A stretch of 64,000 nucleotides of DNA from Burkholderiales bacterium (GTDB taxonomy: Bacteria > Pseudomonadota > Gammaproteobacteria > Burkholderiales > Ga0077523): the NCBI GenBank assembly GCA_019745565.1, contig JAIESW010000053.1:2024-66023 (forward strand), written 5' to 3'. Position 1 is the first letter of the stretch; every line of letters starts with the position of its first letter. Made by a program: the position numbers and the translations under genes. Positions 19,008 to 27,201 of the stretch are shown here, piece after piece. Under the pieces are notes generated by a model that saw only the letters and a program-made list of their open reading frames with translations, was not told the DNA's origin and searched no databases.

Positions 19008-19041
19008 CCGCGGCGCATCGCGTGCCGCCGGGGCCTGCCCG

Positions 19042-19434
19042 ATGAACACCAACGTCGGCATCGTCATCGTGTCCCATTCACCCGACGTCGCGAAGGGCGC
19101 GGCCGACATGGTGCGCCAGATGGTCGGTGACGACGTGCCGCTCGCCTGGTGCGGCGGCGCGCCGGGTGGTGGTCTGGGCACGAGCGTCGAGGCGATCATG
19201 GCCGCGATCGACCGTGCCTGGTCGGAAGCCGGCGTCGCGATCCTGGTGGACCTGGGCGGTGCCGAAACCAACAGCGAGATGGCGATCGAGATGCTGCCGG
19301 ACGAGCGGCGCGATCGCGTCGTGATCTGCAACGCGCCGGTGGTCGAAGGCGCCGTGATGGCCGGGACGGAGGCCTCGGCCGGTTCGTCGCTCGAGCACGT
19401 CCGGCGCACGGCTGAAGAACTGCGCGCCGCCTGA
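19042..19434 (+). CDS. dhaM: DhaM-type PTS EIIA(Man)-like phosphotransferase domain protein (stand-alone)
   Basis: 130 aa from MNTNVGIVIVSHSPDVAKGA (phosphorylatable His context). The upstream part of the ORF-track entry is REP translation. Confidence 0.85.
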   Translation: MNTNVGIVIVSHSPDVAKGAADMVRQMVGDDVPLAWCGGAPGGGLGTSVEAIMAAIDRAWSEAGVAILVDLGGAETNSEMAIEMLPDERRDRVVICNAPVVEGAVMAGTEASAGSSLEHVRRTAEELRAA

Positions 19435-19447
19435 GAGGAAACACGAG

Positions 19448-19729
19448 ATGTCTGAGACCGCCCAGTCCAGCGTGGTGATCGAGCACGAAGTGGGACTGCA
19501 TGCGCGCCCGTCGGTCAAGCTCACGCAGCTCGCCAAGAGCTTCCGGTCGCGCATCGAGATCTCGACTGCGGCCGAGGGGCCGTGGATCGATGCGAAGAGC
19601 ATCGTGAAGGTAATGGGCAGCAAGACCCCGAAGGGTGCGCTGCTGCACGTTCGTGCCGAGGGCGAGGACGCCGAGACCGCCGTGCAGGCGATCGTCGCGC
19701 TGGTCGAGCGCGATTTCGAAACGGCCTGA
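19448..19729 (+). CDS. HPr-family phosphocarrier protein
   Basis: 93 aa with a GLHARPS His-15 motif. Confidence 0.9.
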   Translation: MSETAQSSVVIEHEVGLHARPSVKLTQLAKSFRSRIEISTAAEGPWIDAKSIVKVMGSKTPKGALLHVRAEGEDAETAVQAIVALVERDFETA

Positions 19730-19731
19730 CC

Positions 19732-21306
19732 GTGTTGGAACTCGTCGGCACGCCCGCCGCACCCGGCATGGCCGCGGGACCGGTCGTCCGCATCGGCAGC
19801 ACTCGACGGCGCGAGCGCCTGCGGCGCGCCGCGTCGGATGAGCTGTCCGAGATCGGCAATGCGATCGCGGCGGCGCAGGCGGCGTTGGCGGTGCTGATGG
19901 AATCGGTCGGCGACGACGAAGCGGCCGGGATCCTCGCGTTCCAGATGGCGCTGCTCGAGGACGACGAGATCACGCGGCCGTTGGCCGAAGGCATCGCTGC
20001 AGGTGCGGGAGCCGACGAAGCGTGGTCGAAGGTCATGAACGCGCTGATTGCCGACTACGAGGCTTCGGAGGACATCTACTTTCGCGGTCGCGCGGCCGAC
20101 CTCGCCGATCTGCGCGAGCGCGTGCTCGACGCGCTGACCGGCGCCGACGCCGAAACTATCGCACCGGGCAGCATCGTGGTGGCCGAGGATCTCGCGCCTT
20201 CGCGCTTTCTCGCGACCGACTGGAGCGGCAGCGGGCTGGTGCTCACGCGCGGCGGAATCACCAGCCACGTCGCGATCCTCGCCCGGTCGCGCGGCGTGCC
20301 GCTGCTGGTGGGGGTCGGACCCTTCGAACTGAGCGATGCCTGCGAGGCACTGCTCGATTCCCACGAGGGCGTGCTCGTCATCGATCCCGATCCGCCGGCG
20401 CGCGAACGCTTCGAGCATCGGCGTACCGCCCACGAGGACCGTGCGCGGGCCGACCGCCAGCACCTCGCGACCGAAGCCCGGACTGCGGCCGGTGAGCGCG
20501 TGCGCGTCATGATCAACGTGGCGCGCCCCGAGGAACTGGATGCGATCGATCCGGGCCACGTGGACGGCATCGGCCTGGTCCGCACCGAGTTCTTGTTCCA
20601 CGATCGCCGCGATCTGCCGTCGGAAGAGGAACAGTACCGGGTGTACCGGCGGATCGCCGAATGGGCGCAGGGCAAGCCGGTGACCATCCGCACGCTCGAT
20701 GCCGGCGGCGACAAGCCGATCCCGGGGCTCACGCACGACGGCGAGTCGAATCCGTTCCTCGGCGTGCGCGGCGTGCGGCTGTCGCTCGAACGTCCCGAGA
20801 TCCTCGAGGTGCAGTTGCGCGCGCTCGCGCGGGCCGCAGTGCTCGGCAACGTGAAGGTCATGGTGCCCATGGTGGCGGTGCCGCACGAGCTGGACCGCGT
20901 GCGCGAGCTGCTCGGGAAGGCGGTGCACGATCTGCGTACCGCCGGCACCGAAGCGGAGCTGCCACCGCTCGGCATGATGGTGGAAGTGCCCGCGGCTGCG
21001 CTCGCGATCGAACGCTTCGATGCCGCCTTCTACTCGATCGGCAGCAACGACCTGCTGCAGTACCTGATGGCGGCGGGCCGCGACGAGCCGGCACTGGCCT
21101 CGTTGTCGAAGCCGGGCCCGGCGTTCTGGCGTGTGTTGCGTGAACTGTGCGAACACGGTACCGCTGCCGGTCGCGAGGTCAGTCTGTGCGGCGATCTCGC
21201 TAGCGATATCGGCTCGATTGCTCAGTTGCTGGCGAGCGGCTTGCGGACACTGTCGGTAGCCCAGGCCGCACTCGCGTCGGTGAAGGCAGCGGTGAGTCGT
21301 GTCTGA
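19732..21306 (+). CDS. PEP-protein phosphotransferase (Enzyme I-like)
   Basis: GTG 19732 (VLELVGTPAAPGMAAG) follows directly after the HPr stop. GGITSHVAILARSRGVP and GSNDLLQY motifs. Confidence 0.9.
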   Translation: MLELVGTPAAPGMAAGPVVRIGSTRRRERLRRAASDELSEIGNAIAAAQAALAVLMESVGDDEAAGILAFQMALLEDDEITRPLAEGIAAGAGADEAWSKVMNALIADYEASEDIYFRGRAADLADLRERVLDALTGADAETIAPGSIVVAEDLAPSRFLATDWSGSGLVLTRGGITSHVAILARSRGVPLLVGVGPFELSDACEALLDSHEGVLVIDPDPPARERFEHRRTAHEDRARADRQHLATEARTAAGERVRVMINVARPEELDAIDPGHVDGIGLVRTEFLFHDRRDLPSEEEQYRVYRRIAEWAQGKPVTIRTLDAGGDKPIPGLTHDGESNPFLGVRGVRLSLERPEILEVQLRALARAAVLGNVKVMVPMVAVPHELDRVRELLGKAVHDLRTAGTEAELPPLGMMVEVPAAALAIERFDAAFYSIGSNDLLQYLMAAGRDEPALASLSKPGPAFWRVLRELCEHGTAAGREVSLCGDLASDIGSIAQLLASGLRTLSVAQAALASVKAAVSRV

Positions 21307-21718
21307 GGCGATGCCCAAGCCCGACGTGCTGCAGGCGCGAGTCGCGGCCTACAAGGCGATCCTGCAGGAGGTGCTGGACAGCCGCCCCTCGGGCATGCGC
21401 CAGCGCTTGGCGGAAGTGCTCGGCAAGAACCGCAGCTTCATTTCGCAGATCTCCAATCCCGCGTACGCGGTACCGATCCCGGTGCAGCACGTGGAGCGGA
21501 TCATGGAGATCTGCCACTTCTCGCCGCGCGAGAAGGAACGCTTTCTCGCGGCCTATCGCAAGGCGCATCCGCGACGGCTGCAGATCCTCAAGGAAGAAAC
21601 GCAACGCACGCACACGATCACCTTGCCGGACCTCGGCTCCGAGGCGCGCAATCGTCAACTGGATGGCATCGTGACGGCGTTCGCCGAACAGGTGGCGCGG
21701 CTGCTGCAGGACAAGTAG
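21299..21718 (+). CDS. XRE-like helix-turn-helix protein of unknown function
   Basis: 139 aa. GMRQRLAEVLGKNRSFISQISNP resembles an HTH_3 core. GTG 21299 overlaps the EI stop; an alternative start is ATG 21311. Confidence 0.55.
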   Translation: MSEAMPKPDVLQARVAAYKAILQEVLDSRPSGMRQRLAEVLGKNRSFISQISNPAYAVPIPVQHVERIMEICHFSPREKERFLAAYRKAHPRRLQILKEETQRTHTITLPDLGSEARNRQLDGIVTAFAEQVARLLQDK

Positions 21719-21737
21719 TCAACGACGGAGGACCAGC

Positions 21738-22727
21738 ATGAAGAAACTGATCAACGCGGTCGACGCGGTGCTCGCCGAGAGCCTCGCGGGGTTCTGTGGT
21801 GCGCACGCCGACATCGTCGTGGCGGGTGAGGAGGGCAAGTTCGTGCAGCGCGCCCGGTTGAAGTCGGGCAAGGTGGGGCTGGTCTCCGGCGGCGGCTCGG
21901 GTCACGAGCCGCTGCACGCCGGTTTCGTGGGCCACGGCATGCTCGACGCGGCGTGCCCCGGTCAGGTCTTCACGTCGCCCACGCCCGACCAGATGCTCGC
22001 CGCCGCAGGCGCCGTGGATACGGGCAGCGGTGTCCTGTTCATCGTGAAGAACTACGAAGGCGACGTCATGAACTTCGACATGGCGAAGGAGATGGCGGGC
22101 GGCAACATTGCCACGGTCATCACCAATGACGACGTGGCGGTGGCGAACTCGACCTATTCCACCGGGCGCCGCGGCGTCGCCGGGACCATGGTGGTGGAGA
22201 AGATCGTCGGCGCCGGAGCGGAGCGGGGCTGCGATCTCGGAGCGCTGCAGGCGCTAGGCGAGCGCGTGAACGGGCAGACCCGTTCCATGGGCGTCGCGCT
22301 GACCAGTTGCACCGTGCCTGCGGCGGGGAAGCCCACGTTCGACATCGGCCCGGACGAGATGGAGATGGGCGTGGGCATCCACGGCGAACCGGGCCGGCGG
22401 CGCGTGAAGCTGCAGTCGGCCGACGCGATCGCCAAGGAGATGGTGGATGCGATCGTGGGCGATCTGGGTGCGGCCGCGAAAGGCGAAGCGCTGCTGCTGG
22501 TGAACGGCTTCGGCGGAACGCCGCTGATGGAGTTGTACCTGATGTACCACGCCGCGGCGAAGCTGCTGGCACCTGCTGGCGTGAAGGTGGTGCGCTCGCT
22601 GGTGGGGAACTACGTGACGTCGCTGGAGATGGCGGGGTGCTCGATCACGGTGACGATGCTGGATGCGGAGACGAAGGCGCTGTGGGATGCGCCGGTGCAT
22701 ACGGCGGCTTTGCGGTGGGGGATGTAG
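21738..22727 (+). CDS. dhaK: Dihydroxyacetone kinase substrate-binding subunit DhaK
   Basis: 329 aa with VSGGGSGHEPLHAGFVG and FIVKNYEGDVMNF motifs. Confidence 0.92.
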   Translation: MKKLINAVDAVLAESLAGFCGAHADIVVAGEEGKFVQRARLKSGKVGLVSGGGSGHEPLHAGFVGHGMLDAACPGQVFTSPTPDQMLAAAGAVDTGSGVLFIVKNYEGDVMNFDMAKEMAGGNIATVITNDDVAVANSTYSTGRRGVAGTMVVEKIVGAGAERGCDLGALQALGERVNGQTRSMGVALTSCTVPAAGKPTFDIGPDEMEMGVGIHGEPGRRRVKLQSADAIAKEMVDAIVGDLGAAAKGEALLLVNGFGGTPLMELYLMYHAAAKLLAPAGVKVVRSLVGNYVTSLEMAGCSITVTMLDAETKALWDAPVHTAALRWGM

Positions 22728-22741
22728 ACCGTGGGTCGCTT

Positions 22742-22831
22742 GCCCCCACCCTGACCCTCCCCCGGCTGCGCCGGGGGAGGGGATGTACGTCTCCTTCCCC
22801 CAGCTTGCTGGGGGAAGGTCGGGATGGGGGC
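22742..22831. repeat. REP-A copy 7 (90 bp, reverse)
   Basis: gcccccaccctgaccctccccc...gggggaaggtcgggatgggggc, between convergent gene ends. Confidence 0.9.
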
Positions 22832-22841
22832 GGATTGGCCG

Positions 22842-23537
22842 TCACGGCAGGTTCATGATCTTCGCGATGTCATCAACGCCCATCACCGTGCAGTAGATGT
22901 TGTTGATGATCTCGAGCTCCTTCCGATGGAGCTCGTCGGTCGCAGCTGCACAGCAGTCGTCCAGCACCACCACCCGGAAGCTTTCGTCCGCCAGGCTCCG
23001 CACCGTCGACGATACGCACTGGTCGGTGAAAATGCCCACACACACCACGTTGCGGATGCCCACGTTGTGCAGCAGCAGCCGCAGGTTGGTGCCGGTCAGC
23101 GCGCTGTCGGTGGTCTTGGTCACCACGATCTCGTCGTCCTGAGGTGCCAGCGCGTCGACGATGAAGGACGGTGTCGTGTCCTTCGGCAGCAGCAGGTTGT
23201 TGAACCCCGGCAGCTTCTGCGACAGCGAGCGGTCGCGGCCGTCGCGCGTCTGACAGGCGATGCGCGCGAAGAAGACTTCGATGCTGCGCCGACGGAATGC
23301 CGCCAGTACGCGAGCGATGTTCGGAATCACGGTGCCGTGCATGCGCTCGTGGAACGGCGTCCAGCGATCGAAGTGCGCCTGCTCGGCCGGCGAGAGCGTC
23401 GAACGGTCCGCCCGGGTCAGGTAGGTGTTCTGCACGTCGATGACCAGGAGCGCCGTTTGCTCCGGTAGGAGCTCCGGGTCGTCGGGCTCCGTCATCGTCT
23501 CGTAGTACAGGGAGCGGTAGGCGGTCTTCCAGGTCAT
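22842..23537 (-). CDS. Isochorismatase-family cysteine hydrolase
   Basis: Start MTWKTAY (GAGGAA upstream). ALLVIDVQN and VGIFTDQCVSST motifs. Confidence 0.85.
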   Translation of the reverse strand: MTWKTAYRSLYYETMTEPDDPELLPEQTALLVIDVQNTYLTRADRSTLSPAEQAHFDRWTPFHERMHGTVIPNIARVLAAFRRRSIEVFFARIACQTRDGRDRSLSQKLPGFNNLLLPKDTTPSFIVDALAPQDDEIVVTKTTDSALTGTNLRLLLHNVGIRNVVCVGIFTDQCVSSTVRSLADESFRVVVLDDCCAAATDELHRKELEIINNIYCTVMGVDDIAKIMNLP

Positions 23538-23660
23538 GCTTTCCTCGGTGGTTGCGGCAATGTCGGGCAGAAACAACGTCGTAACCCCGAGACACTAGCG
23601 GAAATCCATCTGCTGCGCGAAGCTCGACGCGCCCGGACTTGCCTTCACCAGGAGATCGCC

Positions 23661-24941
23661 GTGAACACGAAACGAATGCTCTTCGCACTGACTTGTGCGG
23701 GTGTGATGACGCCGGTCATGGCGCAGACGGTGAACGATTCCAATCTCGTCGTCAGCCCGTATCTCACCGGCCTCTCGCAACCTACCGGCATGGTGTTCTC
23801 CGGCGCCGGTCAGGGCTTCGTCATCGAGAAGGCGACCGGCTTGGTCAAGCGGTTCGAAGCCGGTGCGGTGACGGGGTCGGTACTGGACCTCTCCGTCAAC
23901 AGCGGTTCCGAGCGGGGTCTGCTCGGCATCGCGCTCGATCCGGATTTCTCGACCAACGGATTCACCTACCTCTACTACAGCTCCACCGGCGGATCCGGTG
24001 GCGTCGATAACGGTGCCTGGGTCGACAACCGCGTGGCGCGCTTCCAGTGGAACGGCACGAGTCTGGTGGATACCGGAGTCTTCCGCACGTTCGGGACTGC
24101 GGCCGACGGTCAGGCCACGGGACCCAACCACAACGGCGGACCGCTTGCGTTCGGATCGGACGGTAAACTTTACGGCACGACCGGCGACCTCAACCGCAAT
24201 GGTGTCGAGCAGAACAACACCGGCACGACCCAGTCCTCGGCTGTCGGCGGGCTGTACCGCCTCAACACGGATCTCAGCACGCCCGCAGACAACCCTTTCA
24301 CGGGATCGCAAGCTCCGTTTCATGCCTATGGGGTCCGCAACTCATTCGGCCTCGCGTTCGACCCCGTCACCGGCAACCTGTGGGATACGGAGAACGGGCC
24401 CGGGTCCTTCGACGAGATCAATCTCGTGGCCAAGGGTTTCAACAGCGGCTGGAACCTGATCATGGGGCCGGACAGCCGCAACTCTCAGAACGAGAGTGAT
24501 CTGGTGCATCTGTCCCCGTCCGGGTCTACGTACAGCGATCCCGAGTTCTCGTTCCAGACGCCGGTCGGCGTCACGGCGCTCCAGTTCCTGCACGGTTCGT
24601 CGTGGGGCAGCGGCTACGACGATGCAGTCATCGTCGGCGACAACAACACCGGTCAGCTCTACCTGTTTAGGCTGAACGCCGCCCGTACCGGGTTCGTTCT
24701 CGCCGGCAATCTGGCGGATCTGGTGGCCGACACCACCGCGGAACGCAATGCGCTCGTGTTCGGCGATAACTTCAGCGTGACGACGGCCATGCACCTCGGT
24801 GCCGACGGTGCCCTGTACGTCACGTCACTGGGTGACGGAGCGGTCTATCGCATCGCGCCGGTGCCGGAACCGGGATCGATCGTCATGCTGGCGTTGGGCC
24901 TCGGCTTGCTCGTGCTCAGGTTGCGCCGTCGGCGAGGCTAG
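23661..24941 (+). CDS. Secreted PQQ-type sugar dehydrogenase-like beta-propeller protein with C-terminal PEP-CTERM anchor
   Basis: GTG start after AGGAGA. Signal peptide. Repeated ERGLLGIALDPDF and HNGGPLAFGSDGKLY patterns. C-terminus is VPEPGSIVMLALGLGLLVLRLRRRRG. Confidence 0.75.
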   Translation: MNTKRMLFALTCAGVMTPVMAQTVNDSNLVVSPYLTGLSQPTGMVFSGAGQGFVIEKATGLVKRFEAGAVTGSVLDLSVNSGSERGLLGIALDPDFSTNGFTYLYYSSTGGSGGVDNGAWVDNRVARFQWNGTSLVDTGVFRTFGTAADGQATGPNHNGGPLAFGSDGKLYGTTGDLNRNGVEQNNTGTTQSSAVGGLYRLNTDLSTPADNPFTGSQAPFHAYGVRNSFGLAFDPVTGNLWDTENGPGSFDEINLVAKGFNSGWNLIMGPDSRNSQNESDLVHLSPSGSTYSDPEFSFQTPVGVTALQFLHGSSWGSGYDDAVIVGDNNTGQLYLFRLNAARTGFVLAGNLADLVADTTAERNALVFGDNFSVTTAMHLGADGALYVTSLGDGAVYRIAPVPEPGSIVMLALGLGLLVLRLRRRRG

Positions 24942-25203
24942 TTCCACTTCCATGCTGGCCGCCGCGGCCGTGTGGAAGGTCGCGGCGGCGGGGCGGATGT
25001 GGCCCGAACGAAGCGTTTAGCCGCAGCTGCGGGACCGCTCGGCGGTGTACTCGTGCTCGAGGATGCAGATGCCGTTCATCCCGCAGGATCACGCCGTTCC
25101 GGTTGCTGTGGAAGATCACCACATCGCCCTTCTCGATGGACTTGATGCCCTGGCGCTCCTGCCGAGCGGGACGCCGGCGCGGCGCCCGCTCTTCAGCGCC
25201 GGC

Positions 25204-26052
25204 TCAGGCCAGCCCGAACGCGGTCAGGACGTCCTGACGATGCTTGTCGTAGTCGACGTTTAGCGCCTTGATCGGCCCGCCCGAGAGCGCGTCGACCACG
25301 ACGCGCGCGGGACGCTTGCCGGCGGGCATCTTCACCACTTCGAGGATCGCGTCGGCCACGTCCTGCGGTTTCGGCGCCTGCGGGCTCGAGAAGAGCTGTC
25401 CCAGGCTCTCGCCCATCTTCTGCGGAATCTCCGCGACCGCACCGTACCCTTCGGCGCGCGCGGGATCGTTCGCATACAACCCGTTGTCGCCGACCTTTGT
25501 CGGGAAGGCGCCGGGCTCGATCAGAACGACGTCGATGCCGAGCCACTTCACTTCGTCACGCAGCGCTTCGCCGAGCGCCTCCAGCGCGTACTTGGTGGCG
25601 GAGTAGGTGCCGAGCGTCGGCAGCGACACGCGCCCGACGATGCTCGAGACGTTCACGATCAGGCCGGAGCGCTTCGCGCGCATGTGCGGCAGCACCGCGC
25701 GGTTGAGGCGCAGCGGGCCGAAGACGTTGGTCTCGAACAACGACTTGGTCTCGTCCAGCCGATAGGCCTCCTGGATGCCCATGGAGAAGCGGCCGGCGTT
25801 GTTCACCAGCACGTCGATGGCGCCGCCGGTGCGCTTGGCGATGTCGCCGACGGCTGCCTCGACCGAGGCGTCGCTCGTCACGTCCAGTTCGACGACCTGC
25901 ACGTTTGGGACCTTCGCGAGATCTGCTGCCGCGGTGGCGTTGCGCCCCTTGATGTCGCGCAGGGTCGCGAAGACGGTGTGACCATTGCTGGCCAGGGTGC
26001 GTACGGTGAGCTGGCCGAAGCCGCTGCTGGTGCCGGTGACGATGACGTTCAC
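25204..26052 (-). CDS. Short-chain dehydrogenase/reductase
   Basis: TGTSSGFG and YSATKYALEAL motifs. Confidence 0.9.
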   Translation of the reverse strand: MNVIVTGTSSGFGQLTVRTLASNGHTVFATLRDIKGRNATAAADLAKVPNVQVVELDVTSDASVEAAVGDIAKRTGGAIDVLVNNAGRFSMGIQEAYRLDETKSLFETNVFGPLRLNRAVLPHMRAKRSGLIVNVSSIVGRVSLPTLGTYSATKYALEALGEALRDEVKWLGIDVVLIEPGAFPTKVGDNGLYANDPARAEGYGAVAEIPQKMGESLGQLFSSPQAPKPQDVADAILEVVKMPAGKRPARVVVDALSGGPIKALNVDYDKHRQDVLTAFGLA

Positions 26053-26100
26053 GAACGATCCTCTTTCGGTGCGGTTGGGATGGCGCGGGGTAAGCGCCGA

Positions 26101-27099
26101 CTAGATGAGCTTGACCAGCTGCTTGCCGAGGTTCTCGCCCTTCAGCATGCCGATGAACGCCTTGGGTGCCGCATGCAGTCCTTCGGCGACGGTCTCGCGG
26201 TACTTGATCTTGCCTGTGGCCACCAGCCTCGCGAGCTTGGGCAGCGCGCGCTGGAACATGTCCATGCGGTCCGAGACGATGAAGCCCTGGACCTTCACGC
26301 GGTTCACCAGGATCGACCGGATGTTGGTGATGCCGTAGGGTTCGGCGGCGTTGTAGTCCGAGATGAGCCCGCACAGCGCCACGCGCGAGAACGGGTTGAG
26401 CACGCGCAGCACGGTGTCCATCACGACACCGCCCACGTTCTCGAAGTAGCAGTCGACACCGTCGGGGCAGGCGGCCCTGAGATCGTCGAGCAGCTTGCCG
26501 GCCTTGTAGTCGACGCAGGCGTCGAAGCCCAGTTCCTTCACCGTGTACTCGCACTTGACCGGCCCGCCGGCGATGCCGACGACACGACAGCCCTGCATCT
26601 TCGCGAGCTGCCCCACCACGCCGCCGACGGCCCCCGAAGCGGCCGATACCAGGACCGTTTCGCCGGCCTTCGGCAGCAGGATCTCGTGGACCCCGGTCCA
26701 CGCGGTGACGCCGGGCATGCCGACCACGCCGACATAGGCCTGCAGCGGCACCGCCTTCGGGTCCACCACGTTGAGTCCCTCGCCGGACGAGGTGGCATAC
26801 AGCTGCCAGCCGAGCGAACCCACGACGAACTGCCCGGTCTTGAGGCGCGGGTGCTTCGAGTCGACGATCTCGCCCACGGTGCCGCCGACCATGACGGCGC
26901 CGATCTCCACGCTGGCGGCATAGGACTTGGCGGTGCTCATGCGGCCGCGCATGTAGGGGTCGAGGGACAGCCAGTGGTTGCGCACGAGCACTTCGCCGGG
27001 GCGCGCTTCCGGGATGTCGGTTTCCACGATGTTGAAGTTCGATTCCGTGACCCAGCCTTCGGGGCGGCTCGCTAGCAGCACTTGCACATTGCGGTTCAT
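26101..27099 (-). CDS. NADP-dependent alkenal/enone oxidoreductase (MDR family, YncB/CurA-like)
   Basis: 332 aa from MNRNVQVLLASRPEG, with AASGAVGGVVGQLAK. The 580-aa ORF-track version is an unsupported extension. Confidence 0.9.
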   Translation of the reverse strand: MNRNVQVLLASRPEGWVTESNFNIVETDIPEARPGEVLVRNHWLSLDPYMRGRMSTAKSYAASVEIGAVMVGGTVGEIVDSKHPRLKTGQFVVGSLGWQLYATSSGEGLNVVDPKAVPLQAYVGVVGMPGVTAWTGVHEILLPKAGETVLVSAASGAVGGVVGQLAKMQGCRVVGIAGGPVKCEYTVKELGFDACVDYKAGKLLDDLRAACPDGVDCYFENVGGVVMDTVLRVLNPFSRVALCGLISDYNAAEPYGITNIRSILVNRVKVQGFIVSDRMDMFQRALPKLARLVATGKIKYRETVAEGLHAAPKAFIGMLKGENLGKQLVKLI

Positions 27100-27201
27100 G
27101 GCGTTGTCCAGGATCCCGGAACGATGGAACGGCGGATTGTAGCGGAGCGAAATCGCCGCTTCGACCGCGTGCGTCGCAGGGTCATGGCATGATCTCGGCC
27201 C

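Noticed and set aside
19078-21318. 746-aa ORF antisense to the Enzyme I gene. Similar very long antisense ORFs occur at 48588-51134 (848 aa), 32926-35271 (781 aa), 58611-60947, 57071-58882, 62069-63700, 51182-52768, 16137-17453, 12292-13602 and others.
   Set aside because: Each lies exactly opposite a gene with clear family motifs. The translations are Arg/Ala/Gly/Pro/His-rich with no recognisable domains. Long stop-free mirror frames are expected in GC3-biased DNA.
25020-25203. Minus-strand reading ...RPARQERQGIKSIEKGDVVIFHSNRNGVILR, reminiscent of an AbrB/MazE-type antitoxin beta-strand motif. A frame-shifted continuation reads CGMNGICILEHEYTAERSRSCG.
   Set aside because: There is no usable start codon: it runs in frame straight from the SDR stop, and the first candidate is a GTG inside the motif. 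No partner toxin is present and the similarity is too short. At best it is a gene remnant.
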